Shown here: one piece after another, positions 45,167-56,510 of the stretch | Numbering within the stretch: position 1 is the stretch's first letter | How the letters are laid out: each line of letters begins with the position of its first letter | From: Bacteroidota bacterium | Lineage (GTDB): Bacteria > Bacteroidota > Rhodothermia > Rhodothermales > JANQRZ01 | Length of the DNA: 64,000 bases | Direction: 5' to 3' | Assembly (NCBI GenBank): GCA_038746285.1 | Contig: JBCDKT010000003.1 | Span: 80,003-144,002, forward strand | The notes under the pieces: generated by a model | The model's input: the letters and a program-made list of their open reading frames with translations, nothing else | The model's database searches: none | What the model was told of the DNA's origin: nothing | Position numbers and translations under genes: made by a program

Positions 45167-45943
45167 CTACCCGAGCGGCTGTGGCACCGACGCGTGGGCG
45201 GCGGCGGCGAGGTCCGCGATGTAGGCCGCGTCGCCGTTCTTCTCGATCGCGTTGCCGATCACGACGAACCGCGCCCCGGCAGCGACCTTGCGCGCCACCT
45301 CCCGCGGCGTCGTCAGCCCGCCGCCGACGACGAGCGGGACCGAGCATGTCTGCGTGACGGCGGCTATGATCTCCTCGGACACCGGGTGCTCAGCCCCCGA
45401 GCCGCCGTCGGTGAAGAGGAGGCGCATCCCCATCATCTCGGCTGCGAGCGCTGTCGCCGCTGCGATGTCCGGCTTGTGGCGCGGCAGCGGGGCCGAGCCG
45501 CTCATGTACTGCGCCGTCGTCAGGCGTCCGCTCTCGACGAGCATGTAGGCCGTCGGGATCGGCTCCAGGCCGAGCCGCCGGATGAGCGGGGCCGCGTGGA
45601 CGTGCTGCCCGATGAGGTGCTCCGGGTTGCGCCCGCTCACGACCGAGAGGTAGAGCACCGCGTCGAGCGCGCCCGAGATCTGGTGTAGCGTGCCCGGAAA
45701 CCCGACGACCGGCAGGTCGGTCGCGGCCTTGACGCCGTGCACGTAGCCGTCGAGCTCCGTCGCGTGCATCAGGCTCCCGCCGACGAAGAGCGCGTCCACG
45801 CCCGCCTCGGCGCACCGGCCGGCGAAGGCGGGAAGGTGCTCCTCCGGCAGCTTGTCGGGGTCGATCAGGACGACGAAGCCCGCGCCCTGCGTGTGGGCGG
45901 CGGCCAGGAGGCGGTCGTAGGTGGAGGAACCGTTGAGAGACAC
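45167..45943 (-). CDS. Geranylgeranylglyceryl/heptaprenylglyceryl phosphate synthase family protein (PcrB/GGGPS)
   Basis: ORF track 258 aa. VLIDPDK, DALFVGGS, GFPG, YLSVVSGRNPE, LLFTDGGSGA, PLVVGGGL, FVVIGNA. Confidence 0.8.
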   Translation of the reverse strand: MSLNGSSTYDRLLAAAHTQGAGFVVLIDPDKLPEEHLPAFAGRCAEAGVDALFVGGSLMHATELDGYVHGVKAATDLPVVGFPGTLHQISGALDAVLYLSVVSGRNPEHLIGQHVHAAPLIRRLGLEPIPTAYMLVESGRLTTAQYMSGSAPLPRHKPDIAAATALAAEMMGMRLLFTDGGSGAEHPVSEEIIAAVTQTCSVPLVVGGGLTTPREVARKVAAGARFVVIGNAIEKNGDAAYIADLAAAAHASVPQPLG

Positions 45944-46009
45944 GGGCGGGGAAGCAAGAGGGACGCAGCGCGCTAAGGTAGCCCGCCCGGGCTGTGTTTG
46001 GCAAGCTAT

Positions 46010-46903
46010 TCAGCGGATGCCGAGGTGCCGGAGGATGCGGTCGGCAGTGGGCCTGCGTGCGCCCACCATGTCGAAGTCCGGGTCCTCGCTCTCGACCAGA
46101 AGCGCGAAGAAATACGCGTCGTCGGCGCGCTCTAGCCAGCCGACCCACCAGCCGAGGTTTAGGCTGTCGCTGCGTGCCCAGCCCGTCTTGCCGCGCAGCA
46201 CGGCTTCGCCCGTCGTGTCCACGACCATGATCCGGCTGACGATGGCCTCGGCCCGGTCCGAGAATCCGGTCTCGCCTGCGCGGAGCCGCCGGAGGAAGTC
46301 GATCTGCTCGTTCGGGGCGATGCGGAGCGAGCCGTCGAGCCAGAAGAGATCGGCTTGGTCGCCTATCGTGGCGTTGCCGTAGCCTTCGCGGTCGAGGGCG
46401 GCCTGGAGCGTGCCGCGCCCGGCGCGGCGCGCGAGGTCGCGGTAGACCCACACCGACGAGCGGGCGAACGCCGTCTCGAGGTCCTGGCTCGCGTTCCAGC
46501 CAGGGACCGCCCGTTCCGCGCCGTCCCACGCGACGACCTCGTGCTCGTCGGCCACAGCCCCGGCGTCGAGGACGACGAGCGAGTTGAAGATTTTGAACGT
46601 CGAAGCGGGGATGACGCGCTCAGCGGCGCGCTCCGGGTTGTGGCGCGTCGTCACCCCGCCCTGGGCGTCGTAGAGCACGAACGTGCCCTCGGTGCCCTCG
46701 GGGAAAAACGACGATAGGTCGGCCGCGGAGTCTGCCGGTGCGCCGACCGGCTCGGGTGGGGCCGTGGCCTCGTCGGGCAACTCGGTGCAGCCGAGGAGGA
46801 AGAGAAGCGGGAAGAGACCGCGCACGAGATGAGAGACAGGCAGGAAGAGACCGGGCGTAAAACTACCGGCTCCTCCCTCACGGTGAGAGAGGAGCCGGTG
46901 CAA
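46010..46903 (-). CDS. Class D (OXA-like) beta-lactamase, probable lipoprotein
   Basis: ORF track 297 aa. Class D motifs STFK, SSV (SxV), KTG, WWVGW. Lipobox-like FLLGC. The true start is probably internal (GTG near VRGLFPLLFLLGC). Confidence 0.78.
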   Translation of the reverse strand: MHRLLSHREGGAGSFTPGLFLPVSHLVRGLFPLLFLLGCTELPDEATAPPEPVGAPADSAADLSSFFPEGTEGTFVLYDAQGGVTTRHNPERAAERVIPASTFKIFNSLVVLDAGAVADEHEVVAWDGAERAVPGWNASQDLETAFARSSVWVYRDLARRAGRGTLQAALDREGYGNATIGDQADLFWLDGSLRIAPNEQIDFLRRLRAGETGFSDRAEAIVSRIMVVDTTGEAVLRGKTGWARSDSLNLGWWVGWLERADDAYFFALLVESEDPDFDMVGARRPTADRILRHLGIR

Positions 46904-46921
46904 TCGGCGAGGCCGGGCAGG

Positions 46922-48895
46922 CTAGCGGACGAGCATCACCGAGCGCGTGGCCGAGGCCGTCTCGCCCTCGGCGCGGACGACGTAGGCCCCGCTCGGGAGT
47001 GAGCCCGCGTCCACGACGATGCGCCGGTCCCGGCCGGCGGCTACCGAGCCGTCGTAGAGCACCCGCACCTGGCGGCCGAGCACGTCGTAGAGCACCACCC
47101 GGACCCGCTGCGCCTGATCGGCCTGGAGGGTGAGCGCGGCGGCGCGGGAGGCGCTGAACGGGTTCGGGTAGGCGGCGGTGAGCGTGAACGAGGCGTCCGG
47201 TGCCGACGCTTCGCTCGCCACGGGTAGGGTTACGTTGTAGTTCTGCGCGTTGAATTCCCGGACCATCACGTCGATCTCCTCGGCCGTGTAGCCCAGGTTC
47301 GCGGCCGCCTGGAGCACGGCCTGCGCGGCGACGGGCTGCGTGGTGCTCCCGCTCGTCATCGCGATGCCCTCGATCACGGCGACGTCGGTGCGCTCGCGCC
47401 CGATCTGGTCGTAGACCCGCATGAGCGAGGTCGACCAGTGCTGCCCGCGCCCGTGGGGCACGAAGCCGGAGGGGTAGACCCCGGCGACATTCGTGACGCG
47501 GCCGGGCCAGAACTGGTTGTGGCCGTCCCACTTGAAGACCCAGTTGTACTCCGGGTCGCTGGGGTCGAGGAGGCCGAGGCTGCGCGTGTACGAGACGGCG
47601 AAGTAGTCGCCGAGGCCTTCGCTGAGGCCGTCGCCGTTGGAGAGGCCCCCGACCGTCAGCCAGTCGTGGAGGCCGTGGCCGAGTTCGTGGATGATCACGT
47701 CGGCGTCCTCGGCGTCGTCCACGCCGCCCTCGCCGAACTGGAGGCGCGCGGTGCCGGTGCTGTAGGACGAGTTGTCGGCCCCGTTGAAGCCGTGGGGGTC
47801 GAACCGGACGCCGGTCGCGTACTGGTACGGGCGCACCTCGATCTCCAGCGTCTCGTTGATGTAGCGCATGTAGTTGTCGATGTGCCAGTAGACGGTGACG
47901 GCCTCGAAGGCGTCGTCGTCGCGCGTGACGCTCCAGTCGGGCTCGTCCCGCTCGAACTCGCCCTTGAACGGGCCAGCCCAGTCGTCGATGTCGGCGTACT
48001 CGCTCTCGAGGCGGTACGTGCTGCCGTTCTGCGTCACCTCGAAGGTCTTCGGGATGCGCGTGGCCTCGAGCTGCGGCGTGTTGGCGTCGCCGCCGTCGAC
48101 GAAGCCGGTGTCGCCGTACTGCGCGCCGGCGACGGTCAGCGGGTCGGTGTCGTAGACCTGGCCGGTGGCCTCGACGATGGAGCGCACCGGGGTGGCGGGC
48201 GTGGGCTCCTCGTCCGAGCCGTGGTGGAAGACCGTGCGGCGGGCGACGCGGAGCAGCTCGCCCGTCGAGGCGTCGACGAACGACTCCCAGTCGCCCATCG
48301 GCGCGTCCGCCGTCACGCGCACGCGCCACGCGAGGCGGCCGCCGTCCGCGGTCGGGTAGACCACGAGGCTCGTCTCGTCGCCGAGCAGCGCGCCCGACAC
48401 GTCGAGGTGCTCGTGGGCCGCGCTGCGGGCCGCGTCCGCCGACATCGACGGGGTCGCGCGCGGCACCGCGAGGCTAGGCTGATAGTCGCTCAGCACGAGC
48501 TGCACCCGGTTCCGGGGGTCGATGTTGACGACGACTTCGGAGCCGTGGACCGGGGCGCCGTCGAGCATCTGCGTGAAGCGGACGTTGTGCCCGGCGCGGC
48601 TCGACCGGACGTGGCGCAGTGCAAGCGCGTCGGCGTCGATGCGAAGCGCGTCCGCCTGCTCAGCGAGGTACTGCCGGGCCATCGTCTCGGGGTCGGCGGC
48701 GTCCACGGCGTAGTTCTGCCGGTAGAGGGCGCGCGGCGTGCCGTCGGCGGCGCGGAGGCCGTCGGCGTCCGCCACCGTTTCGGACACGGCGTCGGTGCCG
48801 ATTTCGAGGGCCGAGCGGGGCTCGGGCTTCTGCGCGAGTGCGGCCGACGAGAAGACAAGCGCGGCCAGCACGAGCGCGGTGTAGCGACGAGGCAT
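46922..48895 (-). CDS. Secreted zinc metalloprotease (FTP + PepSY propeptide, M36/fungalysin-like HExxH domain) with T9SS C-terminal sorting domain
   Basis: In-frame ATG 48895 of ORF 46922..48967 gives a signal peptide. Zinc motif IIHELGHGLHDWL. C-terminal ~80 aa (...AAYPNPFSASRAAALTLQ...VLYDVLGRQV...LPSGAYVVRAEGE...) fits a T9SS CTD. Confidence 0.68.
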   Translation of the reverse strand: MPRRYTALVLAALVFSSAALAQKPEPRSALEIGTDAVSETVADADGLRAADGTPRALYRQNYAVDAADPETMARQYLAEQADALRIDADALALRHVRSSRAGHNVRFTQMLDGAPVHGSEVVVNIDPRNRVQLVLSDYQPSLAVPRATPSMSADAARSAAHEHLDVSGALLGDETSLVVYPTADGGRLAWRVRVTADAPMGDWESFVDASTGELLRVARRTVFHHGSDEEPTPATPVRSIVEATGQVYDTDPLTVAGAQYGDTGFVDGGDANTPQLEATRIPKTFEVTQNGSTYRLESEYADIDDWAGPFKGEFERDEPDWSVTRDDDAFEAVTVYWHIDNYMRYINETLEIEVRPYQYATGVRFDPHGFNGADNSSYSTGTARLQFGEGGVDDAEDADVIIHELGHGLHDWLTVGGLSNGDGLSEGLGDYFAVSYTRSLGLLDPSDPEYNWVFKWDGHNQFWPGRVTNVAGVYPSGFVPHGRGQHWSTSLMRVYDQIGRERTDVAVIEGIAMTSGSTTQPVAAQAVLQAAANLGYTAEEIDVMVREFNAQNYNVTLPVASEASAPDASFTLTAAYPNPFSASRAAALTLQADQAQRVRVVLYDVLGRQVRVLYDGSVAAGRDRRIVVDAGSLPSGAYVVRAEGETASATRSVMLVR

Positions 48896-48994
48896 GGGAG
48901 TATGCAGTTGGGTTGCCAGAGGGTAACAGGACGCAGCGATACTAGGCACAGACCGTGCCGGTGTCAAACTAGCAAACGGCGAACGCGGCGCGCG

Positions 48995-50839
<1,845 letters not shown>

Positions 50840-50927
50840 GAAGTGGGAGGGGTGGCGAAGCGAGGTGTGGATGCTGTAGAGGCCGCCGGGCCCGCCAGGG
50901 GCGAACAGCACCGCGCACGCTAGGCCG

Positions 50928-53819
50928 TTACAGCATCTCCCGCAGCGTCTCGGCAGCGGCAGCGAGGGCGTCGGACAGGTGCTCGGGCTGGCGGCCGCCG
51001 GCCGTGGCGAGCGTCGGCCGTCCGCCGCCGCCGCCGCCGACGCGCCTGGCGAGCGCCCCGACGAGCGTACCGGCCTGGACGCCGCGCTCGACTACGTCAT
51101 CGGCGACACTGGCCGCGAGGTAAACCTTGCCGCCTTCGGGGTCTACCGCGCCCAGGACAGCGACGGCCCCGGCCCCGAGCGTGTCGCGGAACTGCGTCGC
51201 CGTCTCGCGGAGCGTCTCCATGTCGGCAGCCCCGAGTTCGCCGGTGACGAGGCGGATGCCGTCTACGTCCTCGGCCTGGTCGACGAGGCTGGCGAGGCCT
51301 GAGGCGGCGTCGGCTTGCTTGAGGGCGGCGATTTCCTTTTCGAGAGCCTTGACCTCGGCGAGCACGTCGGCGACGGCCTCGTCGACGGGCTGCTGGAGCG
51401 AGCGGAACGGAGCGCGGACAGCCTCCAGCGTGGCGCGCTCCTGCTCGATCACGTCGAGTGCGGCCTCGCCTGCGACAGCCTCGATCCGCCGGACGCCCGA
51501 GGCGACCGAGCCTTCGCTCACGATGCGGAAGACGCCGATCTCGCCGGTTGCCGCGACGTGGGTCCCGCCGCAGAGCTCGACCGACTCCGGCCCGAAGGTG
51601 ACGACGCGGACCGTCTCGCCGTACTTCTCGCCGAAGAGCGCCATCGCGCCCCGCGCCTTCGCCTCGGCAATCGGCACGGCGGTCTCGATGTCGGCGCGGA
51701 TGTTTTGCTGGACGAGCGTGTTGACGCGGCGCTGCTCGTCGTCCGAGACGCGCTCGAAGTGGGAGAAGTCGAACCGCAGCCGGTCGGGGGCGACGAGCGA
51801 GCCTTTCTGCTGGACGTGCTCGCCGAGGGTCTCGCGGAGGGCGGCGTGGAGGAGGTGGGTCGCCGTGTGGTGCTTCCGCGTCTCGCGCCGCCGGCTCGCC
51901 GTGACCGTTGCCGTGACGGGAGCCGTCGGGTCCGACGGTAGGTGGTCGACGGTGTGGACGATGGAGCCGTCGTCGGCTTTCTGGGTGTCGGTCACGGTGA
52001 GCGTGTCGCCGCCGACCGTGAGCGTCCCGGTGTCGCCGATCTGCCCGCCGCTCTCGGCGTAGAACGGCGTCCGGTCGAGGACGAGTTCGTGGGTGGCGTC
52101 GTCGCCCTCGCCGTAGCTCCGCGCCCGGCGAATCGCCGCGCCCTCGACCTCGGTGCGGTCGTAGCCGACGAAGGCCGAGTCGTCGCCCTCGCTCACGGTC
52201 TCCCACACGCCGACCTCGCTGAGGTCCGCCCCGAAAGAGCCGGCGGCTCGGGCCCGCTCGCGCTGTTCGGTCATCAGCTCGTCGAAGCGAGCCTCGTCCA
52301 CCGTCAGCCCCTGCTCGCGCGCCATCAGCGCCGTCAGGTCGCCGGGAAAGCCGTAGGTGTCGTGGAGGAGGAAAGTGATCTCGCCGGGTATAACTCTCTC
52401 AATAGCTTTGTTGCCGAAATCAATATTACTGTCCAACAGCAGTTTGCCGTGATCGCGATATGCTTTCGAGATGATGTCTCCCAGGCCGTCAATGATTTCG
52501 ATTTGGTTGATTTCCTCTTCGCCAAAATCCTCTCCCGACTGTGCCTCCAAATCGATTTGCTGACGAATGCCAAGAACGACGATTTCAAACATCTCGATGC
52601 CTGTCCCAAGCGTCCGCAGGAAGCCTTCCTCCTCGGCGCGGATGGTGCGCTCAATCGTGGCCTGCCGCTCGGCGAGTTCGGGGAACGGGCCACCCATCTT
52701 CGCCTTCAGCGGCTCGACGAGGTTCCACAGGAACGGCTCGCGGAAGCCGAGGGCCTGGTAGCCGAAGCGGACCGCGCGGCGCAGGATGCGGCGGATGACG
52801 TAGCCCCGCCCCGTGTTGCTCGGGCTCGCCCCGTCGGCAATCGCGAAGGCGAGCGTGCGGACGTGGTCGACCACGACGCGCATCGCGATCTGAATCTTCG
52901 CCGCCTCCGGCTCGGGCAGCCCGCCGATGCGGTCGTAGCCGCCGATCTCGACGCGCGGCGAGAGGTCGGCGAGGGCCGCGAAGAGGCCCGCGAAGAGGTC
53001 GGTGTCGTAGGTGCTCGACGTGCCCTGGAGGACGGCGCAGATCCGCTCGAAGCCCATCCCGGTGTCGATGTGCTGCGCCGCGAGCGGCTTCAGCGCGATC
53101 GCCCTTTCGCCCTCTCGCCCTTTCGCCCCCTCCTCCAAAACCGCGTTGTACTGGATGAAGACGAGGTTCCAGATTTCGATGACCTCGGGGTGGTCGGCGT
53201 TGACGAGCGCCTTGCCGTCTTCCTGCTCGCGCTCGGCGTCCGGGCGGAGGTCATAGTGCAGCTCGGAGCACGGGCCGCAGGGGCCGGTGTCGCCCATCAT
53301 CCAGAAGTTGTCCTTCGTCGCGCCGTAGAGGACGTGGTCGTGCGGGATCGTCGTCTCGGACTTCCACAGGTCGGCGGCTTCCTCGTCAGCGCTGAGGCCG
53401 AGGCTCTCGTCGCCCGCGTGGACGGTCGCGTAGAGCCGGTCCGGGCTGAGGCCCCACCGGTCGACCAGCAGCTCCCACGCCCAGGCAATCGCCTCCTGCT
53501 TGAAGTAGTCGCCGAACGACCAGTTGCCGAGCATCTCGAAGAACGTGTGGTGGTACGTGTCCACGCCGACTTCTTCGAGGTCGTTGTGCTTGCCCGAGAC
53601 GCGGAGGCACTTCTGGGTGTCGGCGACGCGGGTATGGGGCCGCGTGCCCTCGCCGAGGAATACGTCTTTGAACGGGACCATCCCGGCGTTGATGAACAGC
53701 AGCGTCGGGTCGTCGTGCGGGACGAGCGGGGCCGAGGGAACGACGGCGTGCTCCTTCTCGCGGAAGAAGTCGAGGAAGCTCTGGCGGATCGCCTCAGAGG
53801 TGGTCGGTCGGTCGGACAT
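50928..53819 (-). CDS. alaS: Alanine--tRNA ligase (with atypical AT-rich in-frame insertion)
   Basis: In-frame ATG 53819 of ORF 50928..53885. [82 protein letters not shown]-terminal DHHA1 region. Confidence 0.95.
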   Translation of the reverse strand: MSDRPTTSEAIRQSFLDFFREKEHAVVPSAPLVPHDDPTLLFINAGMVPFKDVFLGEGTRPHTRVADTQKCLRVSGKHNDLEEVGVDTYHHTFFEMLGNWSFGDYFKQEAIAWAWELLVDRWGLSPDRLYATVHAGDESLGLSADEEAADLWKSETTIPHDHVLYGATKDNFWMMGDTGPCGPCSELHYDLRPDAEREQEDGKALVNADHPEVIEIWNLVFIQYNAVLEEGAKGREGERAIALKPLAAQHIDTGMGFERICAVLQGTSSTYDTDLFAGLFAALADLSPRVEIGGYDRIGGLPEPEAAKIQIAMRVVVDHVRTLAFAIADGASPSNTGRGYVIRRILRRAVRFGYQALGFREPFLWNLVEPLKAKMGGPFPELAERQATIERTIRAEEEGFLRTLGTGIEMFEIVVLGIRQQIDLEAQSGEDFGEEEINQIEIIDGLGDIISKAYRDHGKLLLDSNIDFGNKAIERVIPGEITFLLHDTYGFPGDLTALMAREQGLTVDEARFDELMTEQRERARAAGSFGADLSEVGVWETVSEGDDSAFVGYDRTEVEGAAIRRARSYGEGDDATHELVLDRTPFYAESGGQIGDTGTLTVGGDTLTVTDTQKADDGSIVHTVDHLPSDPTAPVTATVTASRRRETRKHHTATHLLHAALRETLGEHVQQKGSLVAPDRLRFDFSHFERVSDDEQRRVNTLVQQNIRADIETAVPIAEAKARGAMALFGEKYGETVRVVTFGPESVELCGGTHVAATGEIGVFRIVSEGSVASGVRRIEAVAGEAALDVIEQERATLEAVRAPFRSLQQPVDEAVADVLAEVKALEKEIAALKQADAASGLASLVDQAEDVDGIRLVTGELGAADMETLRETATQFRDTLGAGAVAVLGAVDPEGGKVYLAASVADDVVERGVQAGTLVGALARRVGGGGGGRPTLATAGGRQPEHLSDALAAAAETLREML

Positions 53820-53941
53820 CAGGGTGCAGGGCGAGGGAAAAACGGCGAGCGCGGAAGGTACGCAGCCCTGGCGCGTGGTTCCCACCGCACGCCGTTCACG
53901 AACGCCGCCGGCTCTGAGAACCGCTTCCCCTCTAACCGATT

Positions 53942-54013
53942 GTCATCCCGGCCTCCGAGCCGGGACCCACCGGCTGGCTCCGCCTGTGGGTCCCCGCCTG
54001 CGCGGGGATGACG
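53942..54013. repeat. Composite palindromic intergenic repeat, copy 2
   Basis: GTCATCCCGGCCTCCGAGCCGGGACCCACC...GGGTCCCCGCCTGCGCGGGGATGACG, in the alaS / NPP divergent intergenic region. Confidence 0.8.
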
Positions 54014-54065
54014 AGTATCGGGGGTTGGAGCTTGGAATCGCACACACTTATAAAAACCACCCCTT

Positions 54066-54089
54066 GTCAGCGCCTGCGCGGGAACGACG
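54066..54089. repeat. Partial copy (second-hairpin half) of the composite repeat
   Basis: GTCAGCGCCTGCGCGGGAACGACG resembles the ...CCCCGCCTGCGCGGGGATGACG half. Confidence 0.5.
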
Positions 54090-54173
54090 TGCGTAGAGTT
54101 CAGAGCCCAAGAAGCGCTTCAGCGCACGTGCGGCGTGCCTACTTTACCATCTTCCTCACCTCGCCGCCTCGCC

Positions 54174-55487
54174 ATGTCCGCTCGCCATTCGCTCTGGTTC
54201 GCTGTCCTCGCCCTGCTCGCGCTCGCCGGCTGCGCGGGGACCCCGCCGGGTGCGCTGCCGAGTGCGGCCGCCCCCGAGCGCGGCGCGTTCCCCGGCGGCA
54301 GCGGCGGCGTGAACCACCCCGCCCACCGCGACGCGCCGACCGTCGTCCTCGTCTCGTTCGACGGCTTCCGGCCGGACTACCTCGACCGCCACCCGACGCC
54401 GAACTTCGACCGCGTGGCCGCCGCCGGCGTCCGCGCCGACGGCCTCGTCTCGACCTTCCCGACGCTGACCTTTCCCAACCACTACGGCATCGCGACGGGG
54501 CTCTACCCCGGCCGCCACGGCCTCGTCGGGAATACGATGTACGACCCCAGCTTCGACGCCGTCTACTCGATGCGCGACCGCGCCGCGGTGGGCGACGGGC
54601 GCTGGTACGGCGGCGAGCCGATCTGGGTGACGGCCGAGACCCAGGGCATGGTGACGGCGTCGTACTTCTGGGTCGGGACCGAGGCCCCGGTGCAGGGCGT
54701 CCACCCGACGACGTGGAAGCCCTACGACGGCCGCGTCCCCTACGAAGCGCGCGTCGACTCGGCCCTCGCGTGGATGGCGCGGCCCGAGGCGGCGCGGCCC
54801 CGGCTCGTCCTGCTCTACTTCTCGGCCGTCGATAGCCAGGGCCACCGGCACGGGCCGGAGAGCCCCGAGGTCGGTGCGGCCGTCGCGGAAGTGGACGCCG
54901 CGCTCGGCCGCCTCCTCGACGGGATCGACCGGCTCGGTCGGACCGACGTCAACGTCGTCCTCGTCTCCGACCACGGCATGGCGCAGCCCGACACAGCCCG
55001 CTTCGTGGATGTCACCGACTACGTCACCCTTCCCGACGGCGTGCGGTCGATGACCGCCGGCCCGGCGCTGATGCTGTGGCTGGACGAGGCCGACGCCGAC
55101 TCGCTCGACGCCCTCCTCGACGCGTCGCTGCCCGAGGCCATCACCTCCTACACCCGCGACGAGTTGCCCGCCCGGTGGCACTTCGCGGGCAGCCGGCGCA
55201 CGCCGCCGCTCGTGCTCGTCGCCGAGCGACCAGCGCTCGTCGGGCTGCCGCGCCACGCCGGGCGCGACTGGCAGGGTGTCCACGGCTACGCGCCCGAGGA
55301 CCCGACGATGGACGGCATCTTCCTCGCCGCCGGTCCGCACGTCGCCCCCGCCGGCCGCGTCGCCGCGTTCGAGAACGTCCACCTCTACCCGATGCTCGCC
55401 TCGGTCCTCGGCCTCCGTCCAAACCCCGACATCGACGGCGACGCCGCGGTGCTGGCCCCGCTGCTGCGTGCGCCGGGCGGTCGGTGA
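54174..55487 (+). CDS. Ectonucleotide pyrophosphatase/phosphodiesterase (NPP, alkaline-phosphatase superfamily) lipoprotein
   Basis: In-frame ATG 54174 of ORF 54135..55487. Lipobox LALAGC. VVLVSFDGFRPDYL, TFPTLTFPNHYGIATGLYPGRHG, VSDHGM. Confidence 0.85.
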   Translation: MSARHSLWFAVLALLALAGCAGTPPGALPSAAAPERGAFPGGSGGVNHPAHRDAPTVVLVSFDGFRPDYLDRHPTPNFDRVAAAGVRADGLVSTFPTLTFPNHYGIATGLYPGRHGLVGNTMYDPSFDAVYSMRDRAAVGDGRWYGGEPIWVTAETQGMVTASYFWVGTEAPVQGVHPTTWKPYDGRVPYEARVDSALAWMARPEAARPRLVLLYFSAVDSQGHRHGPESPEVGAAVAEVDAALGRLLDGIDRLGRTDVNVVLVSDHGMAQPDTARFVDVTDYVTLPDGVRSMTAGPALMLWLDEADADSLDALLDASLPEAITSYTRDELPARWHFAGSRRTPPLVLVAERPALVGLPRHAGRDWQGVHGYAPEDPTMDGIFLAAGPHVAPAGRVAAFENVHLYPMLASVLGLRPNPDIDGDAAVLAPLLRAPGGR

Positions 55488-55607
55488 GCGCCGCGCGTGT
55501 GCCGCTTTGAAACCTTTCAGGGACAGGTCGGAACGTGTAGCCTCGGCGGCGGCGTAGTAAAGGCCTGCCCCGCGCGTTACTTCCACTGCCGCATCCTCCC
55601 CGCCGCC

Positions 55608-56381
55608 ATGCGCTCTTTCCTCCGCGTGCTTACCGCCCTCCTGCTCGGCCTCGCCGCAGGCCCGGGTGCCTGGGCGCAGACGACCGACTCCGCCGACCTC
55701 GAAGCCCTCTACTGGCAGCGCCAGGCCGAGGCCCGCGCCGACTTCACCGAGGCCGACGTGACGTTCATGGTCGGGATGATCGGGCACCACGCGCAGGCGC
55801 TCGTGATGTCGCGCCTCGCGCCCGAGAATGGGGCGAACCCGGCGGTGCGGACGCTCGCCGCGCGCATCATCAACGCGCAGCAGGACGAGATCGCCACGAT
55901 GCAGCAGTGGCTCCGCGACCGCGAGCAGATCGTCCCCGAGGTCCACATCGACGGCCTCGACCTGACGCTCCGCATCGAGGGCGAGGACAATGCAGCGGAG
56001 CACGGCGCGACGGACCACGGCACGGTGGACCACGGCGGCATGGATCACAGCACGATGGACCACAGCGCGATGGGGCATGGCAGCATGGGCCACGGCCCCG
56101 CGCACGACGCGATGGACCACGCGTCGATGCCGGGCATGCTCTCCCAGGCCCAGCTCGAAGAACTCGCCGCCGCGCGCGGCACCGCCTTCGACCGCCTCTT
56201 CCTGACCTACATGATCCAGCACCACGGCGGGGCGATCGTGATGGTCGACGACCTCTTCGCCGCCGACGGGGCTGGGCAGGACGAGGCCTCGTTCAAGCTC
56301 GCCCGCGACATCCACGCCGACCAGATCACCGAGATCGCCCGCATGCACCAGATGCTGGACGCCCTGCCCGACTCGGAGTAA
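55608..56381 (+). CDS. DUF305 domain protein with His/Met-rich central linker
   Basis: In-frame ATG 55608 of ORF 55497..56381 gives a signal peptide. Two DUF305 halves (FMVGMIGHHAQAL... and FLTYMIQHHGGAI...) separated by HGATDHGTVDHGGMDHSTMDHSAMGHGSMGHGPAHDAMDH. Confidence 0.8.
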   Translation: MRSFLRVLTALLLGLAAGPGAWAQTTDSADLEALYWQRQAEARADFTEADVTFMVGMIGHHAQALVMSRLAPENGANPAVRTLAARIINAQQDEIATMQQWLRDREQIVPEVHIDGLDLTLRIEGEDNAAEHGATDHGTVDHGGMDHSTMDHSAMGHGSMGHGPAHDAMDHASMPGMLSQAQLEELAAARGTAFDRLFLTYMIQHHGGAIVMVDDLFAADGAGQDEASFKLARDIHADQITEIARMHQMLDALPDSE

Positions 56382-56414
56382 AACCGATGTTCCCTTCTCA
56401 CCCCCAGGAGATCA

Positions 56415-56487
56415 GTCATCCCGGCCCCCGAGCCGGGACCCACTGGCTAGCAAATCTTCTGGGTCCTCGCCTGCGCGGGGATTGACG
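56415..56487. repeat. Composite palindromic intergenic repeat, copy 3
   Basis: GTCATCCCGGCCCCCGAGCCGGGACCCACTGG...GGGTCCTCGCCTGCGCGGGGATTGACG, between the DUF305 and LVIVD genes. Confidence 0.8.
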
Positions 56488-56510
56488 AGTACCAAGACCC
56501 GAACGCCGCC

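Noticed and set aside
52380-52600. Intein or intron within alaS.
   Set aside because: The insert is only about 50-64 codons and stays in frame. It lacks the Cys/Ser...His-Asn-Cys/Ser/Thr splice-junction residues and any endonuclease block. It is therefore treated as a plain in-frame insertion.
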